Translations under genes and position numbers: made by a program
Part shown: positions 36,532 to 48,297 of the stretch, one piece after another
Layout: each line of letters starts with the position of its first letter
Position numbering within the stretch: position 1 is the first letter of the stretch
NCBI GenBank assembly: GCA_977030845.1
Contig: OZ365114.1
Span: 16,306,001 to 16,370,000 of the forward strand
Reading direction: 5' to 3'
DNA: 64,000 nt
Origin: Fimbriosthenelais zetlandica
Taxonomy: Eukaryota
The notes under the pieces: generated by a model
What the model saw: only the letters and a program-made list of their open reading frames with translations
The model's database searches: none
What the model was told of the DNA's origin: nothing

Positions 36532-38465
36532 TCATGTACCATAATCAGTAGATTGTTTTCTTTTGTAAGAAACCCTTTTTGTTCTATCGTTAATAAGAAG
36601 CTGAGCGCTGGTGTCGGGCTGGGGTGCTGTCAGTACTGAGCTATGGGGAGGTCCATGTAACGGATACTGCCTGTTGGTGTGGTGGGAGTCACTCAACTGG
36701 CCGTGATTGAGTGACACCAAGAACCCCTGCTGAGCAACTGGACCGACATGAGCAGTTCTTGACTTGCTTTCCTCATCCTCTTCAGCCAGAGCTACTTCCT
36801 TCTCACTCCGGTACTTATGTCTCCTCTTTGGCATGGACTTCGACGAGCCTGGAGTGTCATTGTTCTTGTTGTTAAAATTGTTATTATCACTATTGTTATT
36901 GTCCACACTCACACTCACTCCTGTGTTACTTCCCCCCAAATTCAGCAGCCCACCCCCCGGGTTATTAAGGGAACTATCCCAAGCTAAAGATAACAGGTCC
37001 GGTGGTTGGGTTATATTCATTTGAGCATCAAGCTCTAGGAAGTGCCGAAGCCTTTGGAAGAAAAGGTCCTTAGCAAATTGATAAAACTCTATGTCCATCC
37101 GGTTCGTTTCTATCACTTTAGATTTCTGTTTTTCAGTCAATTGCGACTCCCCAGCATGGGTGACGTTCCTTTGAATGAAAGGTTCTATGAACTTCAGTTT
37201 GAAGGTTCTCTCAAACATGTATTGTGAGGCCTTTTGGTACTCAGTGAGGCCGAAGAAGGCCATATTTTGAAGATTGTCTTTAGCACTCTGAAGGACGATG
37301 ACATCTCTTTGTGCTTGGGACATGCCTGATCTGTTGTAGCAGTTCACCATTGACAGATTGCTGAACATGCGAGTCAACCGGTTGGCGGCCAGGTTGTGCG
37401 GGCAGTTGAGGAAATCATCTAAACTTACACCAGACCAGTCGAGACCTAGAGGAAGACAGAAAGACAGAAAGAAGAGTTATAATCGCGGGCACTCTGGACA
37501 AAGCTCCTCCCATTGCTCCTCTTACTGCTGCTGGGATTTCAGCATGAGGTAATCAAAGGGGAGCCTTGCTTGAACCAGATTAATGGGTGCAAATAATGGC
37601 ACGGTCTTTGAAGTGAGCTTTCCATGTAGTCCCAAGGGGAGCAATTTATATTTTTCATAAAAGGCACAAAGCAAGGCTTTTCTGCTTCATTAGTGGTGGA
37701 TATATGAACTTGGGATCTTACATGGGAAATATTACTACTTTAAACAAACCTGCACACTAGAGATCACACAGAGTAATCAACTCGGCTGTCGTAAATATAA
37801 CGCCTCACAGACATCTGTTCCCTTGTAAGAACAATGGTACTAAGATACCTGTACTTTACTTAGATAAAAACCACATGTATATGCCTTAAAAGTATTTTAT
37901 ACGGTCCATTATTAAAAGGAAGAAAGCATATATATACTTGATAAACGTGCCAAGTACTCAACATATTAAGAGCAGTCGTATACTGTTATAAAGCTAGTCT
38001 ATCTGCAGTGATGGGAGTAATAAAAAAAGACATCATCACAGAGTGCATTTCCATTAATCAGGCTGTACTTTTAAAGTAAATGCCAGGTAACGCCAATAGA
38101 TCAGGAGATATTCACAAGCATAGATAGGAGAAATATGAATAACTCTGGATGTACAAAATACATTTTATTTTCTTATCTGAAAGTCAGCTCTCACTAGTAT
38201 ATCAAACTGTGCTGTATAATGTATACAACCAACGATCCGTTTTACTGGGAGGGTAAAAAGATGACGTGAGAATTGGTTTAAGCGGTCGACAATATAAAGA
38301 AGTGCATAAATGTTACCTTGGAAACAGAACGGGACTTCCACCAGAGTGGCTTCCCGCCCATTACAGCGAAGCTTCGCAGCGAGCCAAGTGCTTCCTCTCT
38401 GTACATGCTTCCATTCACTCAAGTACCTCATGATGGGATCACGTAATATGGAGATGTATAGGTAT
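36532..38465 (-). CDS. HS6ST: Heparan-sulfate 6-O-sulfotransferase, last two coding exons (partial; N-terminal exon outside the window)
   Basis: Exon 38465-38317 (YLYISILRDPIMRYLSEWKHVQRGSTW...CNGR) spliced to exon 37445-36532 (DWSGVSLDDFLNCPHNLAANR...LQSAKDNLQNMAFFGLTEYQ...YMFERTF). These are diagnostic HS6ST motifs. No HIQKTGG, WLFSR or GLHADW coding sequence was found by eye further upstream in the window. Confidence 0.95.
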
Positions 38466-40954
38466 CTGCAGAAGAAGGAAATAGTTCCTTTTTGAGATAA
38501 GGACTAGACGGAGCGGGAGTTTGGGAAGTATAGAGAGACACGTCAAGCAGATATATGTAATAATATATAGATACCATCCAACATATAAGATCCAATACAA
38601 ATGTATATTCCTGGTAATTGTATATACTAATCTATTAAGAACATATTGCATTAATTAACATTAATACGGCGTACACTGTAAATGAATAGTATAATCTACA
38701 TTTTGCCCTAATATATACAGGGCTCAGGTCTCAAATCTCTGATACAGCAAGTTTATCAACTCCACTGCACATGAGATAACACAATCAAGGACTTGTATTT
38801 TTTTAAATAAAGTATATATGCTAGATCCATCCAACTCTGATTCATTATTTAAGGCAGTAATTGGGCAATTATCTCATCCTCATCAAGCAGAGATGCTCAC
38901 AAGATGGAAGTAGTGCAGTGAGGTATATTGATCATGATGATCTTTCACATGACTCAATATAATTCGTCATATGAGATCTTTTAAAAAGTTACCTAATTAC
39001 GAGCACAAAAAAACTCGACCGCGATAGCATCGATAAACATTTTTATATGCTCTGGTTTTAATAGCGGCAAAACCATACAGAACGGGGTAATACATCAATA
39101 TGTCACAAAACAATTCATAGAAATTTCATCATCATTAGTATTAAGTTTTCCTGAAGCTGTTCATTCATAACGTGCCTATTATAACCCATATATGAATTTC
39201 CGACTCATTGGACAAATTTGTTTTGGACAAAATGAGTACATAATGTATTGCCTTTTATCCTTACCACTTAAGACAATCTTTTACACAGCACAAAAATATG
39301 GAGAAATTTCATGGTTCGCGAATCAGAGATTGGCGAACTCCCTGAAGCAAAACAATGCATGAAATTCAAATGAGTCATTTAATTTGCATTGCCCTCGGTC
39401 TGGAGGGACCAACGTAATCCTTTTATGGGACACAAGCACACAGCTGTGTCCCATTGCTGAATTGCGGGTCAGTCCAGTAAAAGCAATGGAATCTGACTTC
39501 TTTTACCACAAATGTCTTCCAGAGGCAGACTTCCACGTCAGCCCGAATGTTCACTTGATGCATTTGATTTGTCACTTAAAAATCTAGTCGCCATTTGTGT
39601 GGCTGCTGCAGCTGATGTTACTGCAACAGCAAAACTTTGCTACTTTGGTCTCGTCCAGCAATTTAACTCTAGGTCGGTTATTCAACCATTTTCTTCCAGA
39701 TTGTATTCGACTCTGAATGAAGTAGGTAAATTAAAAGTAAATTCGGGATGGAGTCAGTTCATAATGATGTCGATATCTTTACTTTATATATTTTTATTTT
39801 CGTTTTTATTCGTTTTTACTTATAAGGACAAGCAACTGGCATTAAAGTCAGCAGTTGGGCTCAGAGGAAGGTTACTCTGGTGCAGTTGTAATGTTTTTGG
39901 AAGTCGTGGGTGGCAGAGGCCAGTAGCCAGTAACGACTATAGGGATAAAGGTTACTACATATAAAAACATCAGAAGGGAATCCTCACTAAGCCTGGTTTA
40001 ATACTGACCTGGGAGTCTAGTTTGTCTGAGGATTTGGCCAATAGCAACAACCTGACATAAGTGGCCATTAGCCGAGTCGTCCCTCATTTAAATAGAGTCT
40101 AAGTGACCTGAACATTTTGTACAATTTGAATGTTTTAAGTGCAAGAAAATGCCACTTCAGGCATGAGCAAGCAAACAGAATATCCTGAGTGATCTTTGAT
40201 CCTTGTTGAATGTTCTTACTAAAGTTGTCCAAGCCCCTGTATTTTCCTATGCCCTTTTTGTCTCTTCATGGACTGATTTTGAATCAAATATAAATTTTTC
40301 AACACGAACCTTGGTTTTATAGAATGATTTCCTCACATTAGGAGATTGCCAAGCTATAAAGGATCACTCTGTGTAATGAAGCAAAAATGGTAGATAAAGT
40401 AAGCTAATAAATGAACCTACCAAAACAGCTATACTGCATTGAGATTACCAACCCTATAGCAAGAGATGCCAGACTTGCATTCCGGCAGTGGTAGTACATA
40501 TTATTTAAGGGACTGTTGCTAGTCTTCGGCCTTGACTGTGTTGGAATATTCACCTCAGGTTGGGTGACCCTGTTATGTGACAACTACTATTATAGCAGAT
40601 ATCCCCCAACCCCCAACTCACACCCTACCACCTCATGTGTTGGTCCACCTGTATTCATGCCCACATACACCAACCTTTCAGGACCAGCCAAACATCCGTA
40701 CACCGGCATTCAAGCCGTGACCTCCTCTGTGGGGGAGCGAATGGGAGAGAGATGATTGATAATTCCCACGGTCTTTTTGTGTATAAAGAGACAAGAGGAA
40801 TAAATGGGGTTCAAGACCTGTAGTGATACCAATCCAAGACAGGTCTCCTTGGAATTGTATTGAAATACACATGGTCCTAATGGGCATATATCTATACGAG
40901 ACAGGTTTTATCGATGATGGCTCAACATATTGAAACATGGCCCTGTATTATGTC

Positions 40955-41160
40955 ACCGTTGCATAACTTTGGTGCGAAAATCTCTTACGAGACTCCTCAC
41001 AGTCGAGAGATACGTTCTCGCCTAGAATCTTGTCAAAGTCACCCTGGTGAAGCTCTCTAATTATAAGCTCTTGTAATGATGTTATGCAAGGCAATTCTTG
41101 TCTACGAGAGCAAGACCTCGTACATTTTGTAAAATCCTCGCAGATCTTGTAAAATACTGA
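40955..41160. mobile_element. Possible degenerate non-autonomous DNA element
   Basis: Internal inverted repeat ttgcataac/gttatgcaa and reiterated tcttgt, acgaga and cctcg sub-motifs. No clear TIR or TSD. Confidence 0.25.
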
Positions 41161-42190
41161 TATCTAATGCTTCATTCTTGACAGATTTAATCACAAGCAA
41201 TCAGAGGCAATCAAAACTTTTGATGTACCTGCACCATTTTATGAGGATCTGTTCGGTTGGTGGCCATCCATAAACAACCATTAGCCATCAACAACAGGAG
41301 ATGTACTAATCTAAGTAGTTAGCATTGCATGCTTACCATAGGAGGAGAGCAATTAGAGACTTTGCAAGGCTTGATGAAGGTCAAACGCCCCATCCATGGC
41401 CGGCCCGAGCACTATTCCTGCTCCTTGGCCATCGTTAATTTGACATTCCTCTGCCCGGGCCAGGGAACATAGAACCTTGGTCTTTCTTGGGTCTAGAAAG
41501 CGGGGAACAATATTGGATGTTGTAGACCAATTTCCGGTCTGCCAGCCTCAAGAGATGTTGCCCTCCACAGTGAAGAGGTGGGCCAGAAGAGGCTGAGGAA
41601 GAGTGGGAGAGAAGAGGAGGTGGAGGGCATTGGTAGTTTGTCTATTCCGAGGGTTTGGCGAGATTCAATAGAGGATGTTCCATAAAGGATCTCCGATGGA
41701 CATGGGGAGTCTAGGTACACAGAGAAATGATTTTCAAATAAAAGAAATGTCGACGGTCTCTGGCACCAAAGGAATTTGTCATTGGTTTTCTTTTGTGTCT
41801 CGCTTCAAGGAACGGCAAGTTTTTGCAAACAAAGATCGCAGGAAACGCGGCAGTGCAGGGAATAGCCCTTAGAAAAGAAGACATCTAAAATCACGCTGGA
41901 CAAATAGAGGGAGACTTTTGCAGAAAAGTGGGGGAGAAAAAAGGAGGGTCAATGTTGAAGCACTGGAAGCAGGGCTGTTTATCAGGGAATTACATTTGTA
42001 ATGGCTTTTCAAGAAGTGAGGAGAGGGTAGGGATTGGTGGAGGAGATTGGAGGGTTTGATGGCCATTTGACTGAGGGAACTGCAGAGAGGATGGCATATG
42101 AACACTTGGAAACAACTGTTATAGTTCCTCAACTGGGAGAGTCAGTAAAGCTATCCATTATGTATAGGGGGATTACCTCGGACAGCAATC

Positions 42191-42227
42191 ATTAGGTCAA
42201 TGTCATTAGGTCAGTGTGATTAGGTCA
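42191..42227 (+). promoter_or_regulatory. Triple ATTAGGTCA direct repeat (nuclear-receptor half-sites, DR8 spacing)
   Basis: attaggtca at 42191, 42205 and 42219; 14-bp period with differing spacers. Confidence 0.45.
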
Positions 42228-43968
42228 ATATGGTAGCCAGATGAGATCCTCTGGAGCTCTCGATATATCTAATATTTAATTGGTTCATAAGCTTGTTCGT
42301 GCGTGGACAAGTCACTGGCAAAAACCCTTACAACAGTTCAGAAACCATGCTTAAATATGAGGTGATTGAAAATGCAATGAACCATGTCCTTACTTTAGCT
42401 AATTGTTGGTGATTATGTTCAAATAAAAAGCTTTGAGGACACATTTCAACCACCAAAGTGATAAGCTTCATGGTAAAGAAATGGCAGCAGCTTGATCTTT
42501 GAGAAACCAGCTCTCTGTGAAAATTTTCTTTTGAGAAATATTGTTAAGAGATACCATTGACCGAGGTATCCCTACGGACTAATATCTCATCCAGTAAGCG
42601 AGGGAGATCACTCAAATTGGGTATTTACCAATGTTCCATTAGGCTGACCCCATAAAGAAGGAAAGAAACCCTCCGAGGAATACCAAAGTTCATGGGTCTC
42701 TTCAGCAATGTGCCGGAATAAGGTGCTTGCCACCGGGGAAGCTGGATGGGCCGGGGACGGGGGAGGGTGCATGCATTCCCGACCAGCAGAATTCATCAGG
42801 CAAAACATAAAGCTTAATTTTGTGGTCAGGAGGATGAATTATTGAAAAACAAAAATGACACAGGAGGATTTAAGAGCATGACCCCAGTGCTTTCGAAGGG
42901 GACTGTTGGGGGAGAGGCCTGTTGGCTGAGTGACCATAACCGCTTCATTCTGGATAGTCTCAGAAGTGTAGTTTCCTCCAAGTATTTTGAACACTTAAAG
43001 GACCTCAAAACAAAAAAATCCCTAAGCATATATGATTATGGTAAAGATTGATTGTTTGGCTGAGTTCTAGATCGGTTGAAATATGTAAAGATTCATATAT
43101 GAGTTTGAAAGTAGCCAGAATAGAAAAATTATAACACCTAGGAAGTGTACTGTTTGACTGTAGTGATTCTCTTTTCTCAGATGTGGGGCGATAAAAGGGA
43201 CTGCAATGCACAAACTAGGGTGTCGAGAGACTGACGCTGGGGCACACTGAAAGCTGCAAAAAGGACATCAGAAGTAGCACATGTGTCGGGGCAGATGAAT
43301 CGTCGGCTTTGATTAGTCACTCCTTTTTATATTTAGATGGTACAAACATCTGTACTTGACTTAAAGCATGTGGAGTGATGTCGGAACGAGAGAGATTTAG
43401 AGATCTGGGATGACATATGCACCTGGACATACAACTTTAATGTCCAACACGATGTTTCAATTGACTATTTACTTTAGATTAGATTTAATAATTTTAGATT
43501 CGTACAGGAATTCTTCCTGGACAGCAGCAAGGATGAACTTCAGCATATTATCACGGACATCCATACAAATATCCACATACTTCAAATGTGGCGTGCACAA
43601 GATCAAAAGGCCTTCTTATAGAATTTCTATTAGAAGATGCAGCACTGCTGACAAATGACATTGTCAAACGTGAGGTCACATACTATGCAGTATTCGTCTT
43701 CTGTCTCTGATCATGTTTCATCATTAGATTAATAAAAAATCAGGTCTATCACAATCCGTAAAGATGGATCACAGTTGAAGGCCGTGGACTTATTAACTGA
43801 GGCGCAGTAAATCAGCATTTATGTCACTGAATTATGTCGCCTAATTTACAATTGACATTTGGCCACATAAATATGAGATACATCCAGAATGATGGAAGTG
43901 GGTGTTCTAATGAGAACAAAACATGTTTTTCTTTGATGGATATGAAGTGCAGTTTGGGCTGAATGCAG

Positions 43969-43984
43969 TAGCGCCCTCTCAGCG
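43969..43984 (-). promoter_or_regulatory. CTCF-like motif
   Basis: Reverse strand CGCTGAGAGGGCGCTA matches the AG[AG][GT]GGCGCTA core. Confidence 0.4.
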
Positions 43985-45756
43985 TTATTACATCATTACT
44001 TATCAATAAGGTTGTCCATTGTCGTCATAGAACAATGCGGCCAATCTATTGGCGGGAGCTGCGGCAAAATTGCAGCAAGGCTGATTAATAGTGTTGGGAA
44101 ATGATATTGCTCTGATTAAAGAGTCACCTGAGCTCAATGGAGAGGCATAATCTGACATTAAGATGTAATAGGACAAGGAATCAAGCTATGATATATACGC
44201 TAAATCCCTGACATTAGTCTCATCTAATCACAGAAACAAATCCCCACAAAAGATACATATCAAGGATAGGCATTTTATTTTCTTCAAATTCCAGTGAATT
44301 ATGTGACCATAATCCATATGAACGTCTTACACCATATATCCAAGTCTTCACTCATCCGGTTTCTATCCACTAAATAGTCACTTGGTGAGTTTGTCTTGTG
44401 TGAAGTGACAAGTGTATTAAATGATTTGCTTTAGATTTAAGGGGTACTTGATGAGCTGATGATTGCCATTAAACGTAGATAAATCAGCAGAGGAAATGAA
44501 AGCCCGTCAAAGTGGGAAACGAGATTCAGCTTTAATATCCGGTCACCATCTCCCTTCGCTTGCCTTCCAAACATGCCGGCGGTTCGGCATTGGAGGGCCA
44601 ACATGATGAAGATAATCAGTTTTGATTGCCATCATCATTCCCACAGTAAAACACATATGACTAAGGCAGTGCATGGCCTATTTTGACACAACGATTTATT
44701 ACTTCAATTTATTTGCCCGTCTATTTCAGATGCCTGGTCTGGCGTCTATGAGTATACACACAGTGTCTGAGAGACAAGGGAAGCTAATCATTTTTTTTTA
44801 GAACGAATCGATTCTCATCGTCAAACGATTAAAATATTTTCACAAGATTAGATGGAACTTGGTTAACCTCAGAAAGAAATGGAATTCTTCAACATCCCCT
44901 GAACTCAGTGTGAACTTCTTATTCTTGAGACACCAACAAAAATACAAAGACGTACATTAACAGAGTCCATTCATCTATAGGGGTGTGGTCCAAAGCTGGT
45001 GTTTATCAGCTATGTTGACAATGAAAAGCTATATCAACAATTTATGAACACTGCATTAGGCAGACAGCTAGCTGCTCAGGCTTCACCACAGTAAAAGGAG
45101 CAGCTCACAACGCAGCTCCTCTTACTAGATTAAAGTTCTCTCGCTTATAAACATAAACCATTTATACATAGTCTCGAACAACCCCTAGAGCAAGCTCCAG
45201 GTTTGTATTTCATATTTTCATAATTATTTCATTTCAATGTACATATATTTTCTTCAGATCAGCCGTCAAAAACAGTTGGCTACGTAAATTCAATGTGCAG
45301 ATTTGGATACTTGACAAAGAAAATACACACTGACAGCAGATAATTAACTATAGTTTAAATGGCGTTGAAAGCTTGACAAAATGGATCCGACACTTGATAC
45401 GAAGAATATTTTCCCTTCCCATATTATCCATGGTGCTATTGGCCACACCTTTTTGGACATGTAATCTATTTTGTCTATTATCTATATGAGCTTATCTGGC
45501 CATGACGGACAGGATTGTGGACCGCAAACTCCCTGAGGGCAATCGGTCAACCAGCACTAGTCGGCTGAGTGGCAGGCTGCTCCGAGCTGTCCTTGAGGGA
45601 ACCCAGCGACAAGGTCACTCGAGGGAAGCATCTGATTAATAATGACTGTCAGACGAGTGAATTTTCATTGAATTCCGAAAGTGAATATATATGTGGAAAT
45701 GGTGGTCCCATTCTGGTGCTCGCAAGTTCCCAGCGGTATGTCCTCCCCAAGCTGCT

Positions 45757-45812
45757 GGCAAGGCAAACTTCCCCTGAAAGGAAGTGACGTCCACTTATGG
45801 TTCGATCCAACA
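45757..45812 (+). pseudogene. Decayed tRNA-Ser(UGA)-like relic or tRNA-derived SINE head
   Basis: aaggc, then acttcc-CCTGAAA-ggaagt (6-bp stem, 7-nt loop with central TGA), a long variable region, then GGTTCGATCC (B-box). The T-stem and acceptor stem do not pair, so it is not a functional tRNA. Confidence 0.25.
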
Positions 45813-48283
45813 AAAATATTGCCAGACCTTGTATTGGGCAATGGTGGGTGCGTAGTTGGGAAAAGCGATGTGTTGGACAGGGTCTCCTTAGGATGTCATG
45901 AATAAAACATGTTATGTGGACACATGATGGGGAGTCATGTCAGGGGGAGCATGGCAAAGGGGAGATTTTTGTCATTATCTGCTTGGATTGTGCTTAGACC
46001 GAGATCAATATGGCACGGCAAGGAGAGAGACGGCAGCGCATGCACCGTTGGCCATCCCGGACTGACCTCGAGTGCTCTCTTGATGGCACCATAGTTGTCC
46101 CTCAGAGAACGACTTGCAGCATGGGAACGCAGTTGACAGTTGAGATAATTCGGTTTCTTATTGACACTGAGTGGGGGATGAGAGGAAGTGAAAGTGACAG
46201 AAGAGGCATATGTGCTGGTATAGCCTATGGCCAGATAGTGTAGGGGTATTCAGCGTACTCGTGTAATTCTGCAGGGGAATGGATGATAATCCTTTATAGA
46301 TGTGAGGACCACCTGTGAGCTAGTGGAAGGGTCAGGTCAATCCACCCCCCAGGCTTAAGCTCCACATGATGTTCTTCCCACCCTCCTACACTAAGTTTAT
46401 TACGGAAGCATTATATACAATTCCACTATGGAGGAGAGATTATAGAAGAATGGGGGGATTGTATAATTAATTAGCTCCACGAGATGGCTATAAATAACCC
46501 TAATGATCTAAGGTTTACAACAGTTACTCATAAAAAAGAGCCCTGGTTCCCATCTGACAGTCTAGATTGCGTAATTAGGGGCCACCATGTAAGTGATGAA
46601 TGGGGAGAATATTCAAGTGGCTTTTATACGTCAACCATACATATATTTAAGTATTATTATATACGGCAGACACATGTTCTAGTGGGTTAAATTCTGGCCA
46701 TCATTTCATTGTAACTGCCGTATAGAATGCTTGGATGTATTCCAAGTTCAATAGATTGCTTTCGGGATCAAACACTGATATGGGGGCTGAAAGCTATGCA
46801 TATGTATACATACAGGCCTTATCATAACATTAAGTCGTTTTTCATTGGCCAGATAAGTAGGTATAATGACAAAGGGTGCGATAAAAAGCATCTATTATGC
46901 ATGGAGGCTGTATGTGGCCTCGGGAGGAGAAAGAGCGCCCCCTGTGCAGATAACCACACTCGTGTCAGGACCGCCCACTTTTGGATATATGTAATCATGA
47001 ATAGAAAATTCATGTTAAACGCGGTTAAAAAGCCACTTTTCCACCAGCGAACTCGCCCACTGATCCAGGTAATAAATAGGATCCTACACGGACAAGCAAT
47101 TACATGGCCAGTTCCACTGCATTCATGATCATCACTCTGTTTTCCTTACTTGGATTACGACCTTCGTTCCAATTAGCAAGGCTCCATATTAATGCATTTA
47201 ATTGTCAGTCCATTACTAACTAGTACATTTAACATTTTTGGTCGCAGTGGGAGAAGAGAGGCAGAGAGAGAAGGACAGGGAGGCAAAGTGCGTGTACACA
47301 CATTGGACAAAATAATTCGATTGAAAGAGACGGGCGTCTGTCTCTACAAGGCACAAGGGACCAGATAAGTGGTAATTGGTATTGCTGAAAACCAGAGTTA
47401 ATTAACTTGACACTCATTGAAGTGCACAAAGAAATTAACGAGGTTATCAAATTTTCATTTCACTCAGTGCAGCAACTGATATTCACACATCCCTCCTGGG
47501 GAATATTATCGTCTAGCTGTGGTTGGTTCTCGGTGGAAAATTGGAGGTTTTGAAGAGTAGTTTCTTTTTATCACCTCGCTGAACTTGCCTCGACCTGACT
47601 ATTATAGATCATCTTCAATATTTTAACACCCTCTGTGGTGGGCAAGTCATTACAGCACTATAACACACTTACCTCCTTACAATGATATCACTCTAACACT
47701 AGAGCACTAGTCCCACTAGAGCATCTACTTCAACTCTCATGACATGGAATCATTAGTCAAATTGAACATGTGAATGTTTGACATGTTTGGTAGATACTTG
47801 AGGGCCATCAGATTCTTATCTTTTGAAAAAGAAAGATCTTGATTATCATTCTTGAAAAGATTGTGTTGGACTAACCAGACTTTATAGGTTTGCACCTGTA
47901 TAGGACTTTCAATTATGTCGATTTGACGAGGGCCTTTCAAAACCTATTATCCATAATCATGAAGACCATTTAAACCACTTTAACACAATGTAAAAGTGAT
48001 ATAACATTCCTTTCACAGACCTACAAGATGGCACACTTAAAAATTTAGAAGCTGAAGATTGTAGAGTTGCTAAAAGGTTTTGGTCACATAGAATTGGATC
48101 GGGTGGGGGATGGGGTGAAGTGTGAAATACTCCCTCCTTTATGGGGGACAGTCTTTGCGTCAGGTTAAGGTGTGAAACAGCTTTATTATTGAACTGAGAG
48201 GAGAAAGGGTCCTTTTCACCCGAGGCAAGTCACGTTCAGAATCGGTTCAAGATCAAGATCACAAGTTGGACTGAAACATCTTG

Positions 48284-48297
48284 GTTGCCATGGCAAC
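48284..48297. promoter_or_regulatory. Perfect palindromic RFX X-box
   Basis: GTTGCCATGGCAAC seen directly. Confidence 0.5.
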
